Origin: Epiperipatus broadwayi
Taxonomy: Eukaryota > Animalia > Onychophora
DNA: 64,000 nt
NCBI GenBank assembly: GCA_028023455.1
Contig: JAQFVV010000010.1
Location: forward strand, 14,074,001-14,138,000
Direction of reading: 5' to 3'
Of the stretch, positions 1 through 12,937 are shown in pieces; position 1 is the first letter of the stretch, and each line of letters starts with the position of its first letter. The position numbers were made by a program, and so were the translations under genes. The notes under the pieces were generated by a model. That model was given only the letters and a program-made list of their open reading frames with translations, made no database searches and was not told the DNA's origin.

Positions 1-2335
1 AGTTTAGTTGGACATGAACCAACTACCTGAAAAAAAAAAAGGTATTTGAAATTTTTTTTAAAGTTGACCCAACCTGGAGTTAAAGGCAATGCAAATTATA
101 TTAGTATTAATTTACAAAGTACATTAATTTTAGATCACCAGTCAAAATTAAATTACACATCTACTGCCAATGGTTTTCCTACCAAAGCAGACTTCTCATG
201 TGTCATATAACACAACACAAAACATATTATTCTACTTTGCCATAATTATTTGTGGATTAATAGTGAATAAATAATGCAATTGAGTATAAAAGAATTTTAG
301 ATTGAGAATGAAACATTAACATTAGAGCACTGAATTACAGGCTGATTTTCACTAGATCTGTAGTGGTGTTCATTGAAATATTTGAGTATTGGAAAGTGAT
401 TATTTTAATGGCAATACAATGACACTGTTGCTGATGATGAACCACAGCTGCCAAAAAATACAAGTAAATCATAAATAATTTCACAAACTTCTTCTAACTT
501 CTTTTCAAAAATAAACTATATGAACATATATATAATCATTATTATACATTTCCAACTTTTCAACTGTTTTTCCCCCATTACAGTCATTTTCAAGGACCTA
601 TAATAAAAAAATACATATCTCTACATAATACTCTAAATACAAATTTCTTTCATATATTAAACATTAACACATCAAATTCACAATAATAAAACATATTAAC
701 TATACATCATTATATTTTACTTACATCTTCCTCACTTTTCTCCCTTTATTATAAAACTTCCTTTTTACATACTAAGTATAAATTTTCAAAAAAAATATTA
801 GAAACCATCTAAAACACCAGTAAATAAAATACTATTTAAATCCATTTAACCCATCCCCAATTATAAATTTATTCCTCTTTTAACTATTTTATCTAACTTC
901 CATATCAATTATCTACAATTCCTATCTATACTTTTAAATCTATTTAAAAACTAATGTAAATTATTTCTCTATCCTAACAGTTTACTCAAATACAGTTTAA
1001 ACATTCCATATTAATTACATTTTATTTTATATTCCTATCTAACATCATTAATCCTACTTAAAACAAGTTTATATCTTTTTATGTAAAAACATTCTTTTAT
1101 CATCTGTCTGAAGGTTTGTAGTGATGGTATATTATAAGATGTGATATGTTGGACTATTTCCATCATTTTTGAGTGTGTGTTGAATGTATAGAAAATTTTA
1201 AACTTTATTTAAACTTTCCAAATACAAACAATTGTCTATTTGTGTGTTATTACTAACAAGTTGTTTGTATTTGGAAAGTTTAAATAAAGTTTAAAATTTT
1301 CTATACATTCAACATACACTCATAAATGATGGAAATAGTTCAACATATCACATCTTATTCTTTTACCATCCTTTTTAACCTTTTCCAACATTCTAATATC
1401 AAAATTTTTATGTCCAAATTCTTTATAATATATATATATACATTGAAATTTCTATCATTTAAATGTTGTTTAAATCTTTTTAATCTATTTTTTGTTGTAC
1501 CAGAAAATAATAAAAAAAAAAGATTAAAAACTAGATTTAAACAACATTTAAATGATATATACATTATAAAGAATTTGGACATAACAATTTTGGTATTAGA
1601 ATGTTGGAAACGGTTAAAAACTATAGAGAAAGGACGGTAAAAGAATATTTTTACACAAAAAGATATAAACGTGTTTCAAATAGGATTAATGGTGTTAGAT
1701 AGTAATGTAAAATAAAATGTAATTAATATGGAATGTTTAAATTGTATTTAAGTAAACTGTTAAAGGATAGAGAAATAATTTACATTAGTTTTTAAATAGA
1801 TTTAAAAGTATAGATAGGAATTGTAGATAATTGATATGGAAGTTGGATAAAATAGTTAAAGGAGGAATAAATTTATAATTGAGGGTGGATTAAATGGATT
1901 TAAATAGTATTTTGTTTACTGGTGTTTTAGATAGTTTCTAATATTTTTTTGAAAATTTATACTTCCTATGTAAAAAGGAAGTTTTATAATAAAGGGAGAA
2001 GAGGGAGGAAGATGTAAGTAAAATATAATACAGTTAATATGTTTTATTATTGTGAATTTGATGTGTTAATGTTTAAATACAATGTAGAGATATGTATTTT
2101 TTGTTATAGGTCCTTGAAAATGACTGTAATGGAGGGAAAAAACAGTTGAAATGGTGGGAATGTAAAATATGTGATTATATAGTCAAAATAAGAGTCTTAG
2201 ATCACATAACCCAATTCTCTTAAGCTTGTAAGATATAATCAATGAGGATTGCCAATTTCTCAACAAGCTTTTGTGATAAATACTTAGCCAGAGCAAGCAT
2301 TTAAAAGATCTCTGTCAGGACCCCCCCCTCCAAAC

Positions 2336-2374
2336 CTCTGACCATGGTTTCGTGCTTTGGCACTCCTCAGAAGT
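2336..2374 (-). ncRNA. Minimal type I hammerhead ribozyme motif (family B, left arm)
   Basis: Minus strand reads CTGAGGA-GTGC-caaa-GCAC-GAAA-CCATGG-TC-AGAG. Core and stem II are intact, stem I is weak. Confidence 0.6.
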
Positions 2375-2420
2375 GCTATGGTAGGGTAGGGTAGATCTAG
2401 TGTCTGAACCTATCCTAGCA

Positions 2421-2461
2421 TCTCTCTGAAGAGTGCCAAAGCATGAAACCATGGTCAGAGG
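2421..2461 (+). ncRNA. Minimal type I hammerhead ribozyme (family B, right arm)
   Basis: tctct-CTGAAGA-GTGC-caaa-GCAT-GAAA-CCATGG-TC^AGAGG: 5-bp stem I, 4-bp stem II, palindromic stem III (ACCATGGT), GUC cleavage triplet. Confidence 0.8.
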
Positions 2462-2944
2462 TGGGGGGTGTGTGGTTTCCTGACAGATATTTTAAAGGCT
2501 TGCTCTGGCTAAGCATTTATCACAAAGCTTGTTGAGGAATTGGCAATCCTCATTGATTATGTGATTATATATGTATATATTCATATAGTTTATAAATGGA
2601 AATAAAGTTTTTGAAAAGAAGTTAGAAGTTTGTGAAGTTATTTATAATGTTGGAGAACATATATATTTTAAAGAAGAAAGTGATTGTTTAATTTGTTATT
2701 GTAATATATATTGAGCAAACCATAAAATATTTATAATCAAACTAAAAGATGTTCTTGATATAAAAAATATTTGAATTTCTTTGTTATTAGTAATACAAAG
2801 TTGAAAATAAATTTTTAATGTTTATATTTTAATCAAATATCCTTATTCAGTTGCAATTTGAACAATTTTTTATTGCTTGTTTGATTTTTTTTTTCTGATT
2901 GAACTTTATTTATATATAAATGCTAATGGTTTTATTGTTCATGA

Positions 2945-3040
2945 GTTCATAAGTAGTTTGAGCGCCAGAACTAGGAGTACCAGAATCAACCCTGGGAACT
3001 CTTCCCTGATTGCAAATCGGACACTCTAACAACCACGTCA
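2945..3040 (-). mobile_element. Possible degenerate tRNA-derived SINE head
   Basis: Minus strand reads gacgtggttgttagagtgtccgatttgcaatcagggaagagttcccagggttgattc, with A/B-box-like words and an anticodon-like arm. Heavily decayed. Confidence 0.3.
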
Positions 3041-3060
3041 AATCATGTAGAATTTTTTAT

Positions 3061-3260
3061 TAAAACAGGCAAAACTCTCCATACAGTAGTGCCACCCAGT
3101 GCCAAACAGAGTAATCACTGGATGCCAGAAAGGCTTGTGCATAAAATCCCTATCTAGTGCTTACTCATCCAATATCCCCAGATTAGTTTCTGTATGGAGA
3201 GTTTTGCCTGTTTTAATAACAGTAATATGCTAGTGTAAGAAATAGTGATTATGTGATGTT
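3061..3260. mobile_element. Family C retroelement fragment with inverted end
   Basis: Homologous to 50860-51000 and 55240-55570. 30-bp inverted repeat at 3057-3087/3190-3219. 13-bp TSD tagaattttttat (3048-3060, 3261-3273). Retains the 3' half of the HHR (GAAACTAATC^TGGGG on minus). Confidence 0.75.
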
Positions 3261-4636
3261 TAGAATTTTTTATATTAGAATATGCTATACTTTAAGTCAT
3301 AATCTAAATATTTGTTGCCTATTCTTAGAATTATTACTTTTATTTATTAATGTACATTGTTTAACAAATTGAAAAACTATTTGAAGTAATCATGAGTTGT
3401 TTATAAAATTTTTGCAATAGGAATGTTCTCATGATTCGATATTAAAACCATTGAAAAATTCAAATATCACAGGTTTTTGATGGCAAACCAACTTAATGTG
3501 ATTAACATTTTTAATTCATTATCTTAAATAGTATAAATCGATACAATTTTTGTTAGCCAGAAAAACATTTTCAGAAAATCATTTGTTGCCATCTAATATC
3601 CATTGGTTTTTAAGTGAATGGAAGAAAATCACTGCTATCTAATAAAGTGTAGATATTCTAATAATGGAAATGTAAAGCAAATGCATTAAAGTGGATTTTC
3701 ACTATTTAATTACAGTGCTTTTAAAAAAGTAATATGTAAATAGAAATGACATAATTCTTAATTTGTTAATAGTTGAATGAACATATAATTGATGGATTAA
3801 TTTAATAATAATTTTGATAGAAGAAAGATAGAACATAACTTCTTAATGATCAAAAAGATTTGAAAATGCCAGAGCCAATTTATTATGCTATAAATAATTA
3901 TTGTCATCAGGAGAAAGATGGAAAAAGTTGCATAATTAGAACTGTAGTTTATATCAATACTAAATGTAGTTAATGATGGATACATTAGGTTTACATTATG
4001 TTCTATATTTAAAAGAAATTGTTTATTGTAACAGAAATGTGTGTGAATATAGCTTGCAGGATGGGAAGTCAATATTCCATTTAATTAAGCTCAACGTAAA
4101 GATGTGAGGTCATGGAGGTCATGGTAACGTTTAATGTAATCAAGATTTGAAGTATGGAGAACAAAAAAAACAAACTAGGAAATTAAGAAAAGTAATATTT
4201 AATTAATTATCTAGCAAAAAAATAAAAATAAAAGGACTCAAAACAGTAATGGATTCATAAGTTGGCTATTTACAATTTATGAATATAGGGGAAAACATTA
4301 TATATAACTTTTAATAAAGAATGAGAATAATCAAATATTGATATAAGAACAAGGATGTGATTTCCAAACATGATTCTTTATGGGATAAATTTTAACCTAA
4401 AGTTATTATTAGAATTTTATTAATTAATTAAACGGGCTAGTAATTGTAATAATATTTGTATATAGCATTTATCACCAATCTAAAAAAGGTAATGCAGAAT
4501 AACATTTATAGTATATATCTTACCCAAAGTTTTTAAATTATGAGAAGTTTGTAATTGCAACAAATTTTAAAAAAATTATTTAATAGAAAATGAACAAATT
4601 TAGTTATTCAGTCTTGAAATCAAGGATAAAATCTAA

Positions 4637-5434
4637 AAATACCTACTGGCAAGTATATAAATATATGAACCCGGTCATTGCTGAACTACCCACAGAGCTC
4701 AAAATAACCCACAAAATTGCTAATTACAAAATCAAGACATTGGAGTATAGAGGTTAAGTATATAGATTTCATAATAAAGTTTAATCTAATGTCACTCACG
4801 ATGAACCATTTTTTGGTGAATAACAAGGGCATTTCAGGATTGTAGCAACATGCGGTCTGTGCAAAACCGAGGACGAGACCATCGGGCATATTTTCTCTCA
4901 TTGTTCTTTCTTGAAACTAGTGAGGCAGAATATCACAGATAGGGTGTTGTCTGCTGATAAGATTATCTTACCAATTAATAATGCTATAACGAGTGGCAAA
5001 TTTGCCAAAATAAGAATGGCAATCTTCTTACTCCATGCTGTATGGTTAACAAGAAATCATTTCATATTTAAACAGGATGGTGCTCACCCATGGACAGTAT
5101 GCAAGAACATTATTCGAGAATAAAGAACGGATCGTCTTCTGGTGCCTGAACGTCTCCATGGAAACACTTGGCGCATCTTATTCCGCTTGATGAAGAGCCT
5201 CTTGCTCAGAATAATCTAGTATAGCTATTACTTATTAGTTTACAAATGATACTCAAACATATATAATGTGTATAGACATTACTCGCAAGCTGAGCGGATC
5301 ACAAACATTGCCACTTAATGAGGAGTCTGTTACTCGGATTAGGACTAAACTAATTTAATTTACTTGTAAAAAACGATTTATCAAATGTATGGTAAAAAAG
5401 AATCATATATCTTCCTTAATAAAAAAAAAAAATT
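4637..5434 (+). mobile_element. 5'-truncated L1/Tx1-clade LINE (ORF2 C-terminal zf-RVT, 3' UTR, poly-A)
   Basis: Frameshifted translation W-SIEVKYIDFIIKFNLMSLTMNHFLVNNKGIS / CGLCKTEDETIGHIFSHC ... VWLTRNHFIFK gives the CCHC zinc finger and W-x-x-R-N-x-x-I-F motif. Poly-A at 5419-5432. 17-bp TSD tcaaggataaaatctaa (4620-4636, 5435-5451). Confidence 0.85.
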
Positions 5435-5949
5435 TCAAGGATAAAATCTAATTTAATGGCAAATATTTAATAATCCACTTAAAGAAAGTTTTTTAACTTT
5501 TAGTTCAAATTGTAGAGATGAATAATTTGGGGTGCTCTTTTAGTACACGATCTCCGCCATTTTGAATTTCAAAAACAACCAAAAACATCGTCTGACACAA
5601 ATAAGTGATAAAAAAGTACGCGAACATGGAAAAAATTTAGAACTTGTTATATCTCAGTTTTGTTCTTCTTGTTATTACATTTAATTAACAACAATTAAAG
5701 TTGTTTTTTTTTTTTTTATATGTAGAAAACTGTTTATGAAAAACATCTGTTAAATTTAATATAGTGCAAGTTCATATGTATTATTATTATATCATTGCAT
5801 TATTATATATGATCAAATCCTAAATTTAGTTATCATCATCACCACTTGAAATTAAATAGTGCCACAGTATCTACAACAATTTTTTAAAAAAATATATTAG
5901 TATGAATAAAATTAGATCAGCAGTCTAGTCAATTTTTTTTTGAGTATTA

Positions 5950-6312
5950 ATATTAAATGGATATGGTCCTATATGTGAGGGGTCAGAATGACTTTAGGTC
6001 AACATTTGGCAATAATATTGGTACTAGCATGAGATCTGGGCTTTCCATCATTAAATTTTCAATGGTATGGATAGCTGAAGAGTTGGAGTGGATTGAAGCC
6101 TGTCCATTAATGTATGAAGATTTGCTATCTTAATATAAACTAAGCACTGATTATATATATGTGTGGGAGATGATCTGGGTCAACTGATGAGTGCTGGTTT
6201 AGCACAGAATATGGTTATTGGTGATCATTTATTTTTTGTATACGTATGTGGTTATGTGTATCGGTGGATGGATAGTTGAAGGTTGCTTGAAAGTCTGAGT
6301 TCAAATCCCTTA
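5950..6312 (-). mobile_element. PLE GIY-YIG 3' remnant (family A)
   Basis: Reverse complement aligns with copies at 20150, 21827, 30192 and 42345 (shared aaccagca..catcagttg..cagat, agtgct.agtttatattaag, aatggacaggcttcaat). Confidence 0.75.
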
Positions 6313-7078
6313 TATTTATTAATACTCTATATATTTGGTTTTATATTTGTGTGTACATGTCTAATGAGTACACTATAAAGATGTAGATTGCAATACAACT
6401 AATTGATTTCACAAAAGATAATAGTAATTAATTTTTTCATTCCAGAAATAAATTAATCATTTCATCTTCACGTGTTTTCTATTATATTGATTGATTTGTA
6501 GAGACATTCTTTCAAACTTTTTAGAACAAGTGTTCTTTTTTTTTTTTTGCCACAATTCGTGATATGAATTGTAGGATTATGGACCTATATTACAAAAGCT
6601 GGACTACTGAGATGAGAAATTTGAACATTACTATGAAGCACTGCTTTACATCTAGTAAAGTATTGTTCACAAAATTTTACATGTCTTTTCCATTATATAA
6701 CTATTCATTATTACTTATTTTTATGTAAATTAATTTCACTGTCAATTATCAAGAATGTTGACAAAGGTATGCTTTCATGCAATGTTGACAAAGATATGGA
6801 TTCATTCTTAGAGTACTTTAAAGTCATAGCCTGGAGAAAAGTGATTTATTCCCTTTGTTTAGATATGCATTGAGCTATGCTTAGTTTTAAAAAAGTTTAT
6901 AATTAAATATTAAGAAAAGTGATTTTAATTAATTTTTAGTTATATCTCTATCATAAATTTATATTCATTTTTTAAATCCTATTTACTTCACTAATATATA
7001 CCTTTTTAATAATATGTCACATGGCTACATTTTGCACAAAAACTTTTTTTATTCCATGAACTAAATTATACTTTCAAT

Positions 7079-7263
7079 TGAAGAGTCACAAAGCACGAAA
7101 CCATGGTCAGAGGTTGGGGAGGAGGGTCCTGACAGAGATATTTTAAATGCTTTCTCTAGTTAAGCATTTATCACAAAGCTTGTTAAGGAATTGGCAATCC
7201 TCATTGTTTGTAACTTACAAGCTTAAGAGAATAGGGTCATGTGATCTATGACTTATTTTGACT
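7079..7263 (+). mobile_element. Family B copy, truncated within the hammerhead core
   Basis: tgaagagtcacaaagcacgaaaccatggtcagagg followed by the same downstream sequence as 2461-2555 and the reverse complement of 2182-2233. Confidence 0.75.
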
Positions 7264-7761
7264 ATTTTTATTATCCAATGTTTCAGTTATATTATATGTA
7301 TATGTATACCTATGTATGAAAAATTGAAATATATATTCACATGTGCTGTCACCACTATGTAAATCATACTTTCTACAAACGAAAGAACATTAAAACAAAA
7401 TTTAATAATGTATTATTATATGTGGATACATAAGATTTCATTTTAAACCACTAAACATCACATGATCACTTTCTTATGTTGGAATATATATATATTCAAA
7501 ATGTAAATTCTTGTTTGATTAGCAATATGATTGAAACATGAAAGTGATTTTATTCCTAGACTAAAACAAGCTTTTGAAGAAAGTGTAGTTTATGATGCAT
7601 TATTATAGCACAATTTATAGAAATTTTATAAATTCAAATTTAGGTAGAGTTAAAATTGTTTACTAAATATATAATAAAACAATAATTTTATACAAGAAAA
7701 GTTATTAATAAATAAAAAAAATTTATCTGGGAAAAATACATTTTTAAAATAGTTATTGCAC

Positions 7762-7846
7762 TTTTTTTTAATATGTCAAAGTGTTGTTGCCCGGGCCAGC
7801 TGCTTGGAAGGCAGCTATGCTAACCACTAGACCACCAACGCGTGAC
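7762..7846 (-). mobile_element. tRNA-Gly(TCC)-derived SINE copy, T-arm deleted
   Basis: Minus strand reads gtcac-GCGTTGGTGGTCTAGTGGTTAGCATAGCTGCCTTCCAAGCAGCTGGCCCGGG...tttgacatatt-A8, matching metazoan tRNA-Gly-TCC. Confidence 0.8.
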
Positions 7847-8916
7847 TAATTATTGTACTCTTAAAAAAAAAAATCCTATACTTGACAAAACATCTATTAT
7901 ATGAATATTTTGCATTCTTTTGGAATTGTATCAAGTATGATTTAAAATTTCATTTATCAATATTAAAACTGGACTATATTAAAGAAGTAAATTCCTATGA
8001 GAATAAGATAGAGCAAATATATTTTTGAGATATTCAGTATATATTTTTATGTTTGCTTAATTATTACATAAAAGATTAAAAATAAATCATGTTAGTGATA
8101 TATTGATCTATCAATTTGTTAGGCTTTGTTTTTTGTTCTTTAATTTTTAGTAATATTTATGAAAAATTATCATTATATCTCCAAAATAGAAGAAATTTGA
8201 AAACCACACTGATATTATGACATTCAAATGTATCTTTTATTGTTTAACATTGGTGTTTACTTACTGTTTTGATGTCTTAATTCTTGTAATAGAATGCAAA
8301 TAGCAGTTTGGTTTGAATTCTGTGCATTTTTTTTAACAAATGCATGCTTGGTATTTGCTATTTAAAAAGGAATATGGTGAAACATCTTTATTCAATTGAA
8401 TGATGTAGTAGCTTTAGTAGTTCAAAGCAAGGACTGTGACTAGATTAAAATAATGAAACTTAAAAGTAAATATTTAATTTTATGCATAATAGAGATATTA
8501 ATGTTTAATTGATGTTTAAAGTTTATATCTGGGCTAGAGACAATCTCTAATGGCATAAATGATTAGTCATAATCATTACTGTATTTATCCAGAGTGGATG
8601 GTGCCAAAGTTGTGGGTGGAGTAAATTTGACACTCGTAATTCAAACTGTAATAATGGAGATACTATTAAAACACCATTATGAGATCATATCATTCTAGTT
8701 TTGTACTCTGCTGAACTCACTTTTATTTTGTTTTATATAAATTGATTTTAGTGCAAGTGGTATTAAACTTATGTCTTAATGCTTTATTATATTATTTTTA
8801 ATGAAATTTAATGTGTTGATAGGTTTTAACATTTTTGAATTATTTAATTTCATTTTAATAATATAAATATTCTTTTTAAAGGTACTGATGTAGTTTTTTT
8901 CCTTGTGATTATCAAG

Positions 8917-8972
8917 TGGTGTCGCTGTCTTAAATAGCCTACTGCTTAATTACTTCAAATTGCCTTCAGGCA
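8917..8972 (+). CDS. Candidate small internal exon of an unidentified host gene (GVAVLNSLLLNYFKLPSG)
   Basis: Pyrimidine tract plus aag acceptor, one open frame, strong donor gtgagt at 8973. No homology recognised. Confidence 0.2.
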
Positions 8973-9865
8973 GTGAGTAATATTGATGTATATATTTTAA
9001 ATCATAACTCTCCAATAGCTTTAACTGTTTGTGGTATGAATATATATATATATCAATTATAAATACTTATTTTTGCATGACAGCACTAATCATTGAAGTT
9101 ATTGAGATATGTATATCAATTGTGTTATTCTCCTAATAATATTGTTTATATCAAATTACATAATTTGTGTGTTTGGTTACAGGAAGCTTGTAAATTGTCA
9201 TTTGATGGTTAAGTGGGGAGCGGTTTAATTGCTTTATATAAATCATATTATAATTTGATAATTTTTTAAAAGTACTTAATTAAATTGTTTGAGGAAGTTT
9301 TTTTTTTGAAAATGTGTAGAATTTAATGTTAATTTTTCTTAGTTCTTTTTTATTATTGACAATTGCTTCTGGTGTTAATTGTCCTATGAAATAGGTGTTA
9401 ATCTGATTTTAAAAAGTTTAATAGATTATGATAACTATCTGTTTACAATAAATATTTTAAATTCAAAATATTATGAAATAAATCCTTAGTGAATGTGTTC
9501 ATTCGTGAGAGCAGCCTTTGTTTGTGCAAACTATCAGTACATAGTATTTAGCAGAATTTGTATGTGTTGCGAACTGCCACCAACTTCTGATGATTTTATG
9601 TTAATACAAGACTTGATATTTTTTTTCCTTCTCATCCTTGCTTTTTTTTGACTTTATTCATAACCAAGCATCAATATTTTCCCCAATAAACTATCGTTTC
9701 GCTTAGCATATCCAAAACATGACAATTTCTGTATTAATAGTTTAATCTCCAGTAAACATTGAAACTTAATATATATATATATTTGATAATTAGAGAATTT
9801 TAAGCATTATTCAGCGCCACAATTTTAAATTATATAATTATTTGTACACATATTAGTCCTTACTA

Positions 9866-10207
9866 CAGGGGCCCCCAACCCTATGCACCATGTCGCCAGC
9901 AGACCATTTTATGTGTGCTCGCCGCTATCTATTTATCTGATACAAATAAATTAAATTTTTAAATTTTTTTATAAATTATTGTATTATATTGCAATCAAAT
10001 TGTAGGACAAACTATACTTTTACAGAGTAAAAATATAAACGTTAATTATATGTTAAAATTTTATTTTTGAAATAAATTTTTTTTGTACATTATGTGTATT
10101 ATTAACAATATCTAATTATAAATTTACATTGAAAAAATAAATGGTGCCCACCACCTAGCCGTTATTATAAAACGTGCTCTTAAGAGCAAAAACGTTGGGG
10201 ACCCCTA
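9866..10207. mobile_element. hAT-Charlie-type MITE
   Basis: TIRs CAGGGGCCCCCAAC / GTTGGGGACCCCTA. 8-bp TSD ccttacta (9858-9865, 10208-10215). Confidence 0.85.
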
Positions 10208-10549
10208 CCTTACTAGCACATACATTGCATTTTGCAGTCTGCCTTTTTTTCATACTTCTGATATATTTGCTTTTCAATGCAATCTGTTTTATCTTTTTAG
10301 TTTAAGAAATTAATTAACTTAGTCCAATTAATTTTAAGATTCAGTCAGTTATTTCCATTTCAGTTTTTTTTTTTACTTCTTGAAATGGTCACATGATTGT
10401 TTGAATTTTGTATTCATTCATTTTATATTGTATTTTTTTTAAAAACATTTTTTCTCATTCTTATGATTTAAATGCATATGTGTATGATGCTTTTATTTAT
10501 TAACTAAGTTTCAAATTAAGATCTTGTAAAATATTAATTTTTTTTTTAT

Positions 10550-10632
10550 CTTATATACACTTTAATGCAATCTTTTTTATATATAATTCCTTCTACAGTT
10601 TCGATTGTCCTGCAGTCTTCATCAGAGCACTC
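10550..10632 (-). mobile_element. Family D PLE-type fragment with hammerhead-like motif (10595-10630)
   Basis: Minus strand reads gct-CTGATGA-A-GACTG-cagga-CAATC-GAAA-CTGTA. Flank resembles 49044-49367. Confidence 0.6.
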
Positions 10633-12718
10633 TATAAGTTTCACTTATGTGGCATTGTTTTTTTAATTTTATTTGGGTATCAAGACCAAATATAATTCTT
10701 TAGTTATTTTTTCTATTTTATTTTCGTTGTTCACTGATCAAATCAATTAATTAATAAAAAAACAACAACCCTGGACTCAACTATCCAGAATTCACATTCA
10801 CATATGTTTAATCTTACCATATTTGAATCAATATATAAAAATCATTATGAAATCAGTTACGTAGTTTGATTTTTTATTGATTATTTAGGTGTATCTATTC
10901 ATGCATACTTCATGTTTTAATGTGGTCATGATTAAACAGTTGCACAGAGCATTATGGAAAAATTACTCATTGAGTCATAAAAATTAAAGCTTTATTGACC
11001 AGAAATTTACAAAATAAACTTTTCACAATGCAGAAGTTTAAGAAAATGTGCATGCCTATAAAAATAATGCACAACTAATTTAGAAATGTTTTGTATTTGT
11101 CTATATCCTTTTCTCAATAACATGAACTATAACAGATTCTGTATCTAGATATTATTGGGTGCTACATAATAATTTTTTTTATTAAGTATCTTTCCTTTTT
11201 TCATGGATTTTTGTGATAAGTTGGAACAACTTGAAATTCTGTTTTCTATTAGGGAAAATGGCAGAGAAAACAATAATGCTGGAAACGGCTTACAAGTAAA
11301 TTGGTATAGAGAAAACACAAGTTTATGATTGGTTTAATGATAGAGTTTAAATTTATCATGTCCCCAAAAAGCATAGCAAATGTCCAATGTCAAAACGATT
11401 CTGATTTTTTCTTGATGCAAATGGTACTTTATTTATAATAGTCAGGCAAATGTTAAAAAAGCTTTCTGCTTACTGCTTAAGTTTATAACTAAAACTTAAA
11501 ACAATAAATAAATAAGAATACCTGAATCTAATTATTAGGATTTATATGAGAAACAATGGGCAGTTTGAATCAAAAGCTATAACAAGTTATTGCTAAATAA
11601 CACCTGACTATTACATATCAATCGGTTTTATAATATTTTTGATTGAAAAATCTGGATTCAATTATCCAGTAGTGGTGATAGAAAAAAATCCTTTTGTCAT
11701 TCAACTATTAAATTAACATGGAAAACAAATGGGTCTTAAGATGCTAATGGAACAACATTTATGTGTTATGATTGAAGATGTTTATTAGCAACATATGCCT
11801 ATCAATTCATTACTTGTTAAAGCTAAAGTATTATCTCTGCATACAGATATTTGCAAGGAGCTTGATAAATAATATAACTGCTTTTAAAAGATTATCACAT
11901 CCTGGTTAAAGTACAACTGCCTATATAAATATCAGTAAAACTTGTGTCACGTTGATTGTGAGGAAGGCTACACATTAAACAATTTTTAACATTGTTGACA
12001 TGTTAAAAATTTTATACATATATTTCACACCACACATAAAATGAAACTTAGATTTAAAATATTGTTACTTCTTGATTAAAAAAAGAAGCCATGATTAATA
12101 AAAGATACGCTTTGAACTCTGATAAATATTTCAAATGTTTGACACCAATGGCTAGAACTTTTATTTCAAAAAGCTTAGATTATTAGATAGATTTTCACTA
12201 ACTGCTAGAAAAATACTGTTACAGTGAAAATTTAGAATTTAAGGTTACAATTCTGAACTTTGATCAATTGACAGGAGGGCCTGATTATTGTTTTCTTATC
12301 TCTAACATTTGGAAAAATTAATTAATGAAATGGACATGATAAATGAAAATAATGGCCAAGACAGTTGGAATAATTACCAATATTTTGATCTATATTAAAC
12401 TTGGGGTCAGGAGTTTCTCTATGTTTGTATGAATGACTACCAGAAAAACTTATATTCTAAACTTGTCTGTCACATAAAATTATTAATACTTCTTTTTATG
12501 AATTTACTAAGTTGCAACTCCTGCAAAAACCTCAGGATGTCATGAAGTGAACAAATTGAAATAATACGTGATAGTAAAGCCAAACCATTAAAGACCTGAA
12601 ATATTTAAACCATGAAATAATGATGATTCTGAATGCTACCAAGAACTTTTATTTCAAAAAAATATCTACAAAAAACAAACACACATAATTTTAATGAATA
12701 ATATTTTTATAGTGTAGT

Positions 12719-12937
12719 TTTCACTATACTACTCTCATGCAAGATAGGGATTGGTTTCTATCAGCTTATTAACACTGTGGAGGGATGTAATTGTAAACAT
12801 ATGGCCAAAGACGTGAAAAAGATATGTGATCTAGATGCAGGGTCATACATCTTTTTCATATGATTATACCCCTCCAATAGATGTTAAAAGCAGATAGAAA
12901 ACAGTCCCTGCTTTGCATGAGAGTGGTGTAGTGGAAA
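12719..12937. mobile_element. Fold-back MITE-like element of unknown family
   Basis: Imperfect inverted arms of ~100 bp (tttcactatactactctcatgcaag... / ...ttgcatgagagtggtgtagtggaaa). Confidence 0.65.

Larger units (their letters stand above)
2182..2557. mobile_element. Fold-back hammerhead-bearing retroelement (family B, likely PLE pLTR-derived) inserted into family X
   Basis: Inverted arms ~2234-2385 / ~2408-2560. Flanked by the direct repeat tatgtgattatata (2168-2181, 2558-2571). A second copy lies at 7079-7263. Confidence 0.8.
470..2645. mobile_element. Nested fold-back Penelope-like element remnant (family X) with GIY-YIG endonuclease C-terminal remnant
   Basis: ~530-1102 is the reverse complement of ~1636-2180, and 470-540 of 2560-2645. 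Inner palindromes lie at 1135-1231/1261-1357 and 1350-1480/1515-1650. ORFs 1326-1640(+) and 1355-1582(-) carry RLKTRFKQHL / GTTKNRLKRFKQHL, matching the PLE GIY-YIG G-x-T-x-R-x-L-K-x-R-F-x-[EQ]-H motif. Confidence 0.7.

Noticed and set aside
4035-4095. Candidate exon NVCEYSLQDGKSIFHLIKLN; similar candidates near 11252, 13815, 17551, 23380, 36746 and 58051
   Set aside because: The splice-like signals and short open frames have no recognisable homology and no consistent phase chain, as expected by chance in AT-rich DNA.
5185-5215. Hammerhead in the L1/Tx1 3' UTR (ttgatga-a-gagc-ctctt-gctc-agaa)
   Set aside because: A stem II is present, but both core segments are wrong and stems I and III cannot be formed.
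9480-9596. Box C/D snoRNA with 9-nt complementarity to 18S (ccaccaact before CTGA)
   Set aside because: Box C is poor and the guide is short, which is compatible with chance.
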